DNA of 64,000 nucleotides from Cenococcum geophilum (Eukaryota): positions 27,032,001 to 27,096,000 of the forward strand of contig CP158635.1 in assembly GCA_050273025.1 (NCBI GenBank), in the 5' to 3' direction. A program made the position numbers and the translations under genes. Of this stretch, positions 38,069-50,080 are shown one piece after another; the stretch's first letter is position 1; every line of letters starts with the position of its first letter. The notes below the pieces were generated by a model. It did no database searches, was not told the origin of the DNA, and saw only the letters and a program-made list of their open reading frames with translations.

Positions 38069-39979
38069 GTTATAGTACCTTTTTTATATAGCCTAGGCGT
38101 CTAGTAAGTACTTTTTAAGTTCTTCTTTGTAAATTCTTATTTACTTAATTCTTTTAGATACTGCCGGTGCCTCCCTTTTAAGAATAATGTCCTTAACGTT
38201 TTATAAGTTATTTGCTTTTACCCTAAACAATACTTTATAAGGGGTTATTTTTATACTACTATAGATACTTATATTATATACGTATTGCGCTAAAGCTAAC
38301 TATAATATCTAATTATCCTATTAATAATTAATATAGCAGTGGAGGTAGTGTTTTAATAACGTATTTAGACGCTCTGTTAGCCTATCTATTTATAGGTAAA
38401 AGGTAATGCTTATCTTTTGTTATATTTTTAATAAGAGATAGAATAAAGACTAGAATGCGCTTTTAAATATAGTACCTCTATTAGATATAATTCCCCTTAG
38501 CATACTAAACGAGAGCTACCGTTCTAAAGATAGGTCTACCAATTCTACTACTATAATTGTTATTATAATAGTAAAGTACCCTAAAAACTTTATATATCTG
38601 TTAACGATTACTAAAATAGTATTAGCAACCTTTCCCATTCTTATTTTAGTAGGGGGTAAGCCTATTATAAAATCTATTATTAATTCTAATATAGGTCTCT
38701 AATAGAAAGCACTAATAACTTACCGTATAGGTAATGTCTAGATATCTATACCCTTTAGCACGTATTATATCTTAATATATAGTCCTTAATCTCTTTAGAT
38801 ATTCTATCCTAAAAGTATTTCCTTTAAATAGCCTTAAGGGTTCTGTTAGCACTATAGTAACCCCTAAAAGGGTTATTATAGAAGACCTTAAATTTTTTAT
38901 CTTAAACTGCTTAGTCCTTTAGGATATATATAGCACCCTTAAAGCGTAATAAACCTCTTTAGTCTTACTGCTATAGCTTTTTAATAAATCTAGCTAAGTT
39001 AGTCTCTACTATATCTTTCTACCTCTCCCTAAAAATAAAGGCGTTCCTCTATTATACTTAAAGAAGAAGATTTAAGAGGTTTTATATAGGTCACTTACTT
39101 CTATTTTATCTACCACTATTATAAATATAAGGCATAGTACGAGACGTTTTAAACTATTAGTGCTAGTAAATTCTCCTACTGTTATATAGTGTGCTACGCT
39201 ACAAATAGGTATTTTACCTATTTCCCTTAGATCTAAATACTCGTAGCTAATATGCTGTTAAGTTAAAGGTGCCGTAATACCCCTAGCACATTCTATAGAA
39301 TTCTTACTAATTTTAGGGTATGCTAACTTTATAATATCTACCTAGCCTATAACCTAGTCCGTAACTATATCCTACGGCTTTATAATTATAGTACTTTGTA
39401 GCTGTATTGCTGGGACCTCTACCCTACTATAAAATTCTATAGTTTTAGGGAAAGAGTCTTCTTTCTTTCTAGGCAAATTTTATAATATGGGGATTATTTC
39501 CCCTATACTGTCCTAGATCCTTTCTATCTTATAATTTAAACGTCTTAATAACCTATTAGCGGAATTTATCTTTCCTAGGCGGTATATAATTTTAAAGTTA
39601 TACTATAATAGTGTCTTTACCTATCTAGCTTATTAACCACTTAATACCTTTATAGTTATAAAGTATTTTAGGTTGTTATAGTCTATAAAGACTTTAATAG
39701 GGTAATTACTTCTTATACAATAATATCGCTAGTGCTTTATTACTGTAATTATTACAAGTAGCTCCTAGTTATACATTATATAACGCTATTTTATAGAGGT
39801 TATTTTCCTTAACTAAAACGCTATAGAATGCTATTTTTTGTCTTTTAATTAAGATATAATTTCCCCTAAGGCAAAGCTAGATATATCTGTTTTAAGGTAT
39901 ATATATAGCTCCTAGTAGAAGTGTATTAGGATAGGCGCCGATATAAATAAATCCTTTAACCGGTCTATAGCCTACTTAG

Positions 39980-40637
39980 CAGGCTTGTTACTCAATCAAT
40001 TCAATTCAATTGAGGCCTTGAATTGATTGAATTGAAAGCTTTGTAAGCAGAAGGTTCGGTTAATTGAATTGATTGATTCAATATTGAAACGATTGCAATT
40101 AATTGCAACTACGTAGTAGTTAGTAATTATCACGAGTCTCGGCATAGTGTTGATGCAGGGGGGCCTACCTGGCGGCGCCCGAATCGCTTTCTACCGTCGT
40201 TTCCGTCGCTCCTGCCGTTAATATAGGTCTATCGCGAGTCTTGGCATAGTGTTGAGTTACTATCCTGTTGTGTACCCCCTGTTCATAGTGGTAATAGAAT
40301 TGATATTGTTGGTGGGCAAATCTAGTTATAAAACTTTTCTTACCTGTCAAGATCCCGGCGATAATGTGATAGTGTAAACAACGAGTAATGCTCGGGTAAC
40401 CCTTTTTTGGTAAGGGGGTCTAAGAACAATAAGGTTTAAAGCATTATTATATGTTATGTTCAGCATATTTCTATATAATATTAAAAGATTCAATATTTAT
40501 CAATCAATTCAATTCAACTAGAACCTCTATATTGATTGAGTTGCCAAGCCAGCGAGCTCTCAGTTGATTGAATTGATTGAGACTTGGCATTCAATTCAAT
40601 TCAATATTGAAACCTGGGTGATTGAATAACAAGCCTG
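39980..40637. mobile_element. Non-autonomous hAT-type element (MITE), 658 bp, essentially un-RIPped
   Basis: TIR CAGGCTTGTTA(C/T)TCAATCA at both ends. 8-bp TSD CTACTTAG (39972-39979 and 40638-40645). Subterminal ATTCA/TGAAT repeats in both orientations. Confidence 0.92.
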
Positions 40638-42693
40638 CTACTTAGTAGCTTCTCTAAATATAAAGGGTCCTAACTTCTTGCCATTCTTAAATCCTTTTAG
40701 TAGGTTAGTAATTAGGAGTATTACTTATAAATAGTAAATAATAAACGTTTAGTAGAAGTTTGCCGTGCCTAAGAAAACCTATACTTTTCTAAATGTTATA
40801 GGGTAGGGCTATTCCCTAATAGCGTCCACCCGACTTTTCTCTATTAATACTCTATTAACGCTAATAATAAAGCCTAAAAAATTAATGCTAGTAGTATAGA
40901 ACGTATACCTTTTTAGGTTTATATAGAGCTTATATTCCCGCAGTCTTTTTAGTACTATTTATACGTGGTGTGTATATGCTTTATAGTTATTAAAGTAAAC
41001 TATAATATTATTAAGGTAGACTATATATATTATGTCTAATAGGCCTAATAATGCCTTATTAATATAGGCCTAAAATATTACTGGTGCGTTAGTAAGCCCG
41101 AATAGTATTACTAGGTACTTAAAGTAGCCGTACTATATTTAGAACGCTATTTTCTACTTATTACTGGCTTTAATCCGGATTTAATAGTATATATCTTTTA
41201 GATATAATTTTATAAATATCTTTACGCCTAACAGCCTATTAATAAGCTCCCCTATTAAGGGTAATAGGTAGTAATTCTTTATAGTAATCTTATTTAGCAC
41301 CTAATAGTTAATATAAAGGTAAAGGGTCTTATCCTTTTTAGGTATAAATATAATTAGTACTCCTACTAGGCTTATAAAGAGCTAAATCCATCCTCTTTAA
41401 AGATTATTTATTATATATTAACGTAATACCGCTAGTTTATTTTTTAATAGGTTATATAGTAGTCTAAAAGGAGGTTGTTTATCCTCTATATTTATTTTAT
41501 ACTTAACTAATATAGGGTTAGATAAGGTTTATATAGCCTCCTTATTAGAAACATCCTCTAAGTCTATATATTTTTATAGAATCTCTAGTTCCTTAACTAC
41601 GTATAGCCGGATATCTAAAAATAAATATCCTATATCCCTATTCTTAGTGTTAAAAGTAGTATATATAGTATATACCCACCCTTCTTCTTATATATAGTTT
41701 AAGAAAGTCTTTTAATCTTTAACTATAATGTGCGGTTAAGACTTCCGATATTAATATAAGGCTAAAGGCCAATTAATATTTAGATTAACTTAGTAAAGCT
41801 ATAGGTATTCTAAAATAAGATTATACTTCTTAATTTTTATAGTATAGAAGCGCATTTCCTACGTATTCTATAGACTATTGCGGTTCTAGCTGGCCATAAA
41901 AAAAGCCTATTCCCTATAGTATAGAATCTAGTAGCCTCTAATACTTTAAATAGTACGTACCTATAAGTCGCTAAGGTCTAAATCTAATTCTTTTACTAGT
42001 AATTAAGAAATAAACCCTATAGTCGCGCTACTGTCTATAAGGCAGTCTCGTGTTACCTATTTATTATTAACTTAAATAAAGACAGAAATAACTATATAGT
42101 AGCTTACTCCCTTCTTCTCTTACTAGCCTAGTATAAGGGAGTAAAAATCTACTAGGCTTTCTCTTTTCCCAATTAATCTAACTCTTATTTTTTTTACTAG
42201 TAGAAGCGCTTTATATAGCCCTTTTTACCGCAGTTATAACAAACGCGTAACTCTTAGTTCTACTTATTTAAATTAGGATTTTACCTATTATTATTCTAGG
42301 GCTAACTAGCGTTACTCTAAGGCTTTAAAGCCTACTTATATTATTCTTCCGTAAAGTAGTTAGGTTAAAATCTGCCCTTATTATTAAAGCTAGGTCTAGT
42401 CCTACGCTTTTTATTATTAGCGTCTCATTCCTTTCACTTACCTAGATAGTCTCTTTTAGCATTCTTAATCCGAGTAGCTTTAGAGATAAGCTTTTCTTAA
42501 AAGGTAAGAATTTCGCCCTTCTCCTATATAACCTGTTAAATCTTAAGTTATAACTTAGTAAGTAGCTAGTAAAGTTATATAGTATTATCCTATAGATCTA
42601 AGCAGGGTATATTATCTTCTAGTTCTTTTAAGTAGTTTATAAACTAGACTATACTCTAGCCTTCTCGCTATTTAGCGTTATAGTATTACTAGG

Positions 42694-42716
42694 TGTCGCG
42701 GGTGGTTCCCGTGACA
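42694..42716. other. 23-bp inverted repeat resembling fused LTR termini at the RIP/non-RIP junction
   Basis: TGTCGCGGG-TGGTT-CCCGTGACA, with 9-bp arms and 1 mismatch. Confidence 0.6.
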
Positions 42717-42851
42717 TCCCCTTGCTCGTAGAACTTAAATACGGAGTGCTGGCAGCCTACATAAACGATATTGTTTGACTAGCAATGAAAACGCTTTACA
42801 CGATGATTAAAAAATGTACCATTCTAGCTGAGGTGCATTACTGGTGAAAAA

Positions 42852-45800
42852 CTAACATATTATCGTCAACGACGAAGTATAGCAATTTGAACCACACGGG
42901 ACGCAGGCCCAGCAGACCTCCCCCGATGCAAGCAAAACAGTTCTCCCTTTCTGTATCGCCACCACAGCAGTTGCTAGACGCGCCAGCCAGTTGCCTTTTG
43001 CTCTTACAATCGACAGATTTTCTGGCGGATCGAGCAGCTCTGCCCAGCAATCTATAGAAGTAACAGGTCTAAATTTTATATTCCTGGCTTCTCCTGGCGT
43101 GTGATGACATTTCCTTGGGGTATATAAATTAACGCTATTGTTTATCGCATCGAGAACATCCAGATCCGCCACCCATACACCCCTTTCGTATGCCTGTACA
43201 ACTGCCTGAAGGTAGTAGACCTCTTTATCTCTAAGACCATGCTGACCTATGTTCAGCGCAAGCTCGTAACCGGTGAATGACAGATGTAATGATGTTTCTG
43301 GGAAGTTGTCCTCAAGTTTCCCATCAAATTCATTATGCTGCACACTCTGCCAGCTATCATATCCTGGCTCCTTGATACTTGGATCTTTGGGGGAGATTAG
43401 GAAAGCTATTCCCCGTTTCCCGACGTTACCGATGGATCGACGGATAATATTCGAAGGTGAGGGTGATAAAGGATCAGACCAGAGAAATTGTGTTATATAG
43501 AGTGAGCTACCAGCAGATATGGCCATTACGTCCTTGAGGTCCTTTGGGTGAATATTTAAATCCCCGGATTCAAATGCAGCTATGCAAGAGAGGGATCGAG
43601 CGTGTCCAAAGGTTTCACCGGTCGGGTTAGACCAATAGTAATCGTGTATGGTGCTCTTTGTTATGGAGAGCTCCACATGAGCATCCGGAAAGTTCGAATA
43701 AACCTCGAGGGCAAACTTTAAAGCGTTCAACGACTTAACCCAGTCGTGTGGATCGCCGACCGAAGAATCAATATATTTTCCTAAGTCTCCTTTGAGATAT
43801 TGCAGTAGAGCATCCCCATTCACACTTTCGTCTTCTAACGCTTCAATGACTTCTACTAAGGATAAATCAAGTAATTCCGAGAGTCTAACAGCATCCGACC
43901 CTTCTCTAGCTGGAACGTAGACATCAACCCCGCCAAGTCCTGCAAAGACTTGAAGATAGCTCTGAGAAAGATTGTCATCATTTGGTGTCGTCGGAATATA
44001 CCACTTGTACCAGCAGTCAGAGTTACAGTCAGAGTCCATGCAGTCCCAGGTTGGAGTAAAATTTTGGGTCCCATTGGCCGTAGTATCGGGATCGGTAGGC
44101 CTCATCCCAGGTGCAACGACTCTTGGGGGGACGTGGGCGTAATCATCGCGTGTCGGGCTGTTTTTTTGCGGTAAGACAGGTATCTGCCAACTCACGTTCC
44201 TGAAAGCGCGATTGGAATCTAACTCAGAACTTATAACCTTCGCAATTTTTTCTTTTTCCTTTTCCAAATTAGCCGAGTGATTCAAAGATCTTGCTGCGAG
44301 AGATAGTGGGCGAGCAAGGAATTCCCAAATGGAGCTTGTTGTTGCCATTTCGGTGCTTGAGTCGCGTCGATATCGAGTCCAAAAGCCTGCCTCCCCATCG
44401 TTACCCATGGTTCGTAAGTGGGGAACTGCACCCCAGACACCAAATCCGGAGGCATCAAGGTCTCGTATTGGTCGTTCTGGGAGCTGGTACCCGAGCAACA
44501 GCGGCACTGGCGAAACCTTAGGGTGACTTTGCTGCCACTTCAGCCATTTGTATTCTTTGACGGCCGTGTCAGCATTCTGTTCCGTCATCTTGCCCTTCTC
44601 TCTGGCTTCCTCGAAGACAATGTCCCCTCCACTATTGTTGCCGAAAACAAATCCGCAGTCTTCGCCCGTTTCTTCCTTCAGCTGCGCGCACCTTTTGAAA
44701 GTAACAGAAGGCAATGGCTCGTATCCTCCTTTGTGATACATTCTTCTCTTGGCAAGCGTGCTTAACCACCGCCGATGACAATACTGCCCTTTCTCATCTT
44801 TATAAACCGGAGCTAGGCTTGCCCATTCATGGGTCGCAGGATAAACACTGCATGTGGAATCTGGGTGCTTAGGATGATGGTGAAGTGGCATATAGTCGTC
44901 CTCGTTCATCTTCAAATGAGCAACTTCGTGTGGGTCTGAGGGGTAGCGGATCAAAGCAAGCTCAAGATCGATGGTCTTGTATTGCGCTCTCTTTACCTGC
45001 ACTTTTTTTTTTTGACCATTAAACCTCTTCCGCAGCCATTTTATCTTAGCCTCGGAGTTTTGAAGGAGCCCAATGAATGCTTCCGGTCTCGTGAGACCGA
45101 GTGCAATTGGAATAGTCGCCTCCGCATGGGCGAGAAAAGTAGGACACCTTCTTCGCCCAAATGAAATGAGACGGTCAGCATCCTCCCTGGATTTGCCAGT
45201 AGATTCCAAATATGTAACTGCCACATTAAACAGCATCTTGAGCCATCCAGGAGGTTCTCGATTATCTAGGGCCCTTTGGAGTGCTAGCAGTAACTTTGCA
45301 CAGGCAGTCGTACCCTGGATACCTGTGACCCATTTATTGGTAACGCATCCAAATCCAACTAGTAAAAGCTGGTCCATTGTGACTCTAGAGGATTGCGTGT
45401 TGATCGAGCCAGTGGCCATCACGGGCTTCCCATAATATTGGAGATGTGAGAGCGGTAGCGACCATAATATACCAAATTCATCGTCTATATTCGGATTTTG
45501 GAGTCCTATGGTTACGACTCCTCCGCGGGCTATTAATGGATCGTTCTGCTTGATGCTCTGGGTATGGCCATAGAGAACTTCCAGATCTGGGTACAGGTGC
45601 CATGAAGATAAAGCCAATAAAACCTCTCCACTTTTAACCGCTTGCGGCATTCCGATGACTATATTCTCCATAAATTGCAGGGCTACTTTCCAGGCTTTCA
45701 TGACGACTTTGTAGACATTAGGACCAGATGGGAGCTCTATACCCAGATTGTCTAGGATGAGCCTTGCTTGTGTCTGCCTCCAAGAGAGCGCGATGTCCGC

Positions 45801-46468
45801 GCTTTCCAGCCAGGCCCTACATATTTGGCATTAGATTTTTTGACAAGCAACCTGCATTTGCTGAAGCTCCATGTTAATGCTCACCTGGCACTAGCATCCC
45901 ACTCCGACAGCTGATCTCTACTTATTTGTATAGCAGACGCTGTAACCTCGTCTAAACTAAACTTGTCTCCTGCGAGCCGTTCCTGGAGCATGGCTTTCCT
46001 CTTCGCAACCATCTCCGTCCAAATTGCGGTAGCCCGTCCTTTCCACATCCGAGACAACATGCAAGCGAGGAGATGTACAGCCACGGCACCTTTGCCTGAT
46101 GTTGCCGATGCCCACAGAGAAGTCCCATCGATCCCGATATGCTCCTGAAATGCCCCATCAAAGGATGTACCTCTTGGATTGACTCTGGGATCCTTTGCGA
46201 TTTCCGTCGCGCGGATCCCGTATGCTCTAACGAGATTAGGAATTTCGGGGAGGTCATCGCAGAGGAGAAGGGCCAGCTTTCTTGCTACAGTATGGATATG
46301 TCCATCCTCGGCTTCCGTTCTCCGTTTGGGTGAGATGGCGAGCCCAATCTCATTGTACTCCGGTGGTGCGGCAAATTTGACAATTGAGAAATCGATGTTG
46401 AAGTTTGCTAGGGCTGCGACATTCTGGTTTTGTCCAGAAACTACGCCAAATTGGAAGTTTCCAGCCAT
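42852..46468 (-). CDS. Intact two-exon gene for a large fungal hypothetical protein (~1182 aa); exon 1 46468-45885, intron 45884-45817, exon 2 45816-42852
   Basis: The 195-aa and 949-aa ORFs join in frame through a 68-bp intron (GTGAGC donor, CTAAT branch site, TAG acceptor), giving …WDASAR|AWLESAD…. Balanced composition with no RIP signature. Confidence 0.9.
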
Positions 46469-47170
46469 GACTTATTATCTCTATAACAGCAATCAGATGG
46501 CGGGACAATGCTGTAACGTACGGTGATGTGAGGTCCTGAAGGCTCTTTCGGGCGAGAAGGCGCTCTCCTATTGCGTATTCACTTGAGGCTAGAGGAGCTA
46601 GATGCTAGGAGCTTGAAGCAGAAGTTGAAAATTTTCACAACTTCTGGGTGACTAAAAGGATTGGAACAGTAAGGGAAATGTTCGAGCAATTTCAAGGACT
46701 GATAGAAGTTTGCAACTCTGATCCGGCTGAGGCTTAGCAGTTAGAGTTGTCTTAGCGGTTTCAGCCTTGCAGCTGGATGTATTTCTGTACAAAGAAATTA
46801 ATTATTAAAATGGCTGTCCTCTACTGCGCGCTTGGGCCACCCTATCTGCCTTACCAAGGCTCAGTGTAACCGACTACCGGTGCTGTGCCGAGACACAAGG
46901 CTGTAGCCTGGAAGGCTCCAAGACAGCATTGGCACTACCTATCACATATCGGGGGGGCTGATTTGGCGCGGTTACGACCCGGGTTAATACGAGGTTAGGG
47001 CCACCCCTGCTGATAACGCGCCCGAACCCCGCACGAGGTCGCGCAGCAACCGCCCCCAAGTACCTTCGCACGCGATTTTGGGCGAAAAGGTACATAATAT
47101 ATGTTAGATCGGTACTTCTAGACGGTCGCGTAATGTTGCTCTGAATTTACAACACCTAAACGCGCTCTAC

Positions 47171-47452
47171 TCCTACATTAAGGCGTCTCAGTTACTGTAA
47201 TACAGTCCTATATTGAGACGTCTCGGTTACTAGAGTATAGTCCTACATTAAGGCGTCTCGGATACTGTAGTATGGTCCTATATTAAGGCGTCTCGGTTAC
47301 TATAGTATAGTCTTATATTAAGGCGTCTTGGTTACTACAATAGTCCTATATTAAGGTGTCTTGGTTACTATAGTACAGTCTTATATTAAGGTGTCTTAGT
47401 TACTATAGTAATCCTATATTAAGGCGTCTTAGTTACTATAGTAGTCCTATAG
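47171..47452. repeat. 33-35-bp tandem repeat, ~8 units, followed by (TA)n
   Basis: Unit TCCTAYATTAAGGCGTCTCGGTTACTRTAGTAYAG starts at 47171, 47206, 47241, 47276, 47311, 47344, 47379 and 47412. Confidence 0.92.
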
Positions 47453-47539
47453 TAAGATAGTATTATATATATATATATATACTGCTTAATACGGAGCCTT
47501 TCCCTCCCTTTCCCTCCCCCCCGCCCTAAGGGCTAGTAA

Positions 47540-50080
47540 TTAAATATTCTTATAAAGCTAATCTAAAGAACGCCAGCCTCGCAGCTACTCCAGCTGGTTA
47601 ATAGCCTATCTCTTATCTCTTACTATACCGTCTTCTACGCGCCGTCTTATATCCTTAATTATTCTACGGCGACAGCTATAGAATATAGCCTCGCCGTTAA
47701 CCCACTAGTATGCCCCCTAGCAGTAATTAAGAGCTTTAATTAACGGCCTACCTGCTAGCCCTAAAGTCTACTTAGCCTAAAGCTAGAACACCGAATTACC
47801 GCCCTAAAGCATCTTATATTTCCTTAGCGGCGCCTATAGGTTAAGAATAAATAGGAGAGGTAGTTAAGTATCTGCTTGCGCCTACGCTAGTAAAGGCGGT
47901 GCGGATATAGTAGATAGCTAAGTAGGGGGTGCGGATATAGTAGATAGTTAAGTAGGGGGTACGGGTATTGGCTAAGCGGGGGGTGTGGATATAGTAAATA
48001 GCTAAGTAGGCGGTGCGGATATTATAAATAGCTAAGTAGGTAGCGCGGATATAGTAGACGTTATAGTAGACGGCGTGGGCCCGCCTAAAGGTGGATATAC
48101 GGACTCCGTAGGCCCTATTTAGATACCCGTCTTTCCTTACTAGATCTATATAGGTATAGGTGCAAATAATACTAATAACCTTTTTATCTTACTAAGGCGT
48201 TTTAAGATTATATACACGTGCAATTAAACACCTTTAATTTCTAAGATTGCGGCCTTATATCTTAGCTTAGCTACGGCCTTATAGGCGGGCTAGTATTTCC
48301 GCATTATTAGCTTATTTAACATAACTACGTTAGCTAGCAAGCTTTCTACCTATATAATAAACCTCTAGTACTCCTCGCAGCTAAAGAGGGAGTCCTTTTA
48401 TAGGGGGTAGAGCGGGAACTGCTTACGTAGGATTACTAGGTCCTATAATAGGATTACCCTAAGCGTATAAAGGAGGCGTAGAAATCCTAAGCCTATAAGG
48501 TTAAGCTATATAACCTTATTATCGGCCCTATCTAGGTAGTAGGTCTCTATATATTTTAGCTAGACGTTAGTCTTAGGCTATATCTTTAAATAGAGGGCCT
48601 CCTTCGGCACCTCCCGCGCGTAGGAAAGAAAGTAGCCCTTTCCTTCCTTTAGGAAGCTAGTAATCGACTATATAAACGTATAGGGTAGGTAGCTAAGGTA
48701 GGCTCCCGTTATCGCGTCCGTATTTTAGCGTCCGGCCTATCTAATTTAGGTCTCCTTAACGCCGCTAAGCTTGGCGTGCCGGACGCTCTGCTTATAGGCG
48801 CTATAGATCTTCTCTTTTAAGTAAATCCCTACTCCTTAGAACATTTTTTTATTCTATTTAAACTGCGTATAATAGCTTAACGGCTATTATAGTACTTTAA
48901 TACTGCTAGGGAAAATATATAGGTTATAGTAGTCCTCTAGCTACTAAAAGGATAGGAAGCTCTTAGCACCGTCCTTACCCTAGCGGTTAAAGAAGTAGAA
49001 GGCTATTATAGAGAGAGGGTAAAGGATAGGGTTAGTGTTCCGCATACAGCCTATATACTTAACCTTACCGTACTAGTTCTGCTTCCCCTATATTATTAAT
49101 ATAATTATATACAGCGCTAGCTTGTCTAGCTTAGGCCCTTTATTCTCTAGTTTAATAAGGATAAGGTTAGTAAGCTAAACGTCCTGTTTACTCTCGCCTT
49201 AGGTAACGGTAGTATAGCCTAAGGAATAGGTTAAAAAACGGCAGCTGTACGGACCGGATAGGGTATATAGTAGTAGTAATATATAAACCTAATAAATACT
49301 CAGCCGTAGTTTAAAGGTAAGACTTAACTAAACCTAGTATCTTAGAGCCCGTCTCCTAGTACTAAGTAATTGCCCTTTTAAGCCCTTTAACGTTATAGCC
49401 GCTAGTAATTATAAATAGGCCTTAGTTAATAAAGTTAACGTATTAAATCCGGTCCTTATCGCGGCAGACGCTATCTAGTATCGCTAAGAGCTTTGCCCTC
49501 TATAGTAGCTATAAGGCTTTACCTTCTAATTACTATATATAAAGCTTAGTAATAGCGGAGACGTAGCTATTTATAACTAAGTATTAAACTATCTTATTAA
49601 ATAGGGCGTCTAGGGCCTTCTCGTCCTATATCTCTTCCTCGTCCTTTATAGCTTCCTCTGCGGCTACGGCTACCCCTATAGCTGCCTTCCCCCCTAGCTA
49701 CCCTTTTGCCGTCTTTTGCCTCTTCTTCACTCGCTTACTATCTTTTTATATCTCTTTTTATTTCGACTTCCGTTTTTAATAGCTAGCGGCCCGTAATTCT
49801 TAGTTAATAACTTACTACTCTAGAAATAGGTAAAGCTTATCTTCTGTTACCTAGGCGCCGTCCGTATTACCTTCTAGTTTCGCGTACTAGTCTTCCCACT
49901 CTTTCTACTTCGGCTCGTACGCCCTTATAGTATTCTTTAAGCGCTAGGCCTTATAAATATCCTATAGCCGCGCCGTTTGGGCCTTAAATTCGCTCTAGAG
50001 GCTATAGGGGGGGAGGCTAAGGGGGCTTCCTTTGACCGTAAAGTGGACCGTAGGGTAAGAAGATTCTTAAAAGACTCTAT
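47540..50080 (-). pseudogene. Crypton-type tyrosine recombinase (NDC10_II-like plus C-terminal GCR1_C-like), RIP-inactivated
   Basis: With RIP reverted: RPKNTARAYEPKQKEWEDWC (~49885-49945), RGES..DVQLADL (~49165-49203), GKQNQHGKVEYMGCMRN.DPILCPL (~49015-49090), HSARK…ETQIGRAGRWNTDAMTGAYL (~48695-48810), IEALD..WG..W…FYS.RR.I (~47655-47742). The 5' part is interrupted by an LTR element and probably continues after 56228. Confidence 0.85.

Larger units (their letters stand above)
18721..42693 (-). mobile_element. Ty3/Gypsy chromovirus 'B' (RIP-mutated, 5'-truncated), host of three nested insertions
   Basis: Minus strand: zinc knuckle CYNCGKKGHIKRFC (~42200-42245), protease LIDSGAT (~42025-42045), RT YLDD (~41010), RNase H (~39500-39960), integrase (38074-38900, continuing in frame at 32102), chromodomain (~31715-31850). 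PPT at 19148-19159 abuts an LTR starting TGTAACGG at 19144 (minus). Left end approximate. Confidence 0.85.

Noticed and set aside
42838..46526. Numerous short overlapping ORFs on both strands
   Set aside because: They are shadows of the real two-exon gene in GC-balanced DNA, and many use non-ATG starts.
47171..47452. 35-bp repeats as a possible CRISPR array
   Set aside because: Units are head-to-tail with no spacers.
47540..50080. Tyrosine recombinase as a Starship captain mobilising the adjacent gene
   Set aside because: The motifs match the Crypton/NDC10_II plus GCR1_C architecture rather than DUF3435, and the RIP boundary separates it from the gene.
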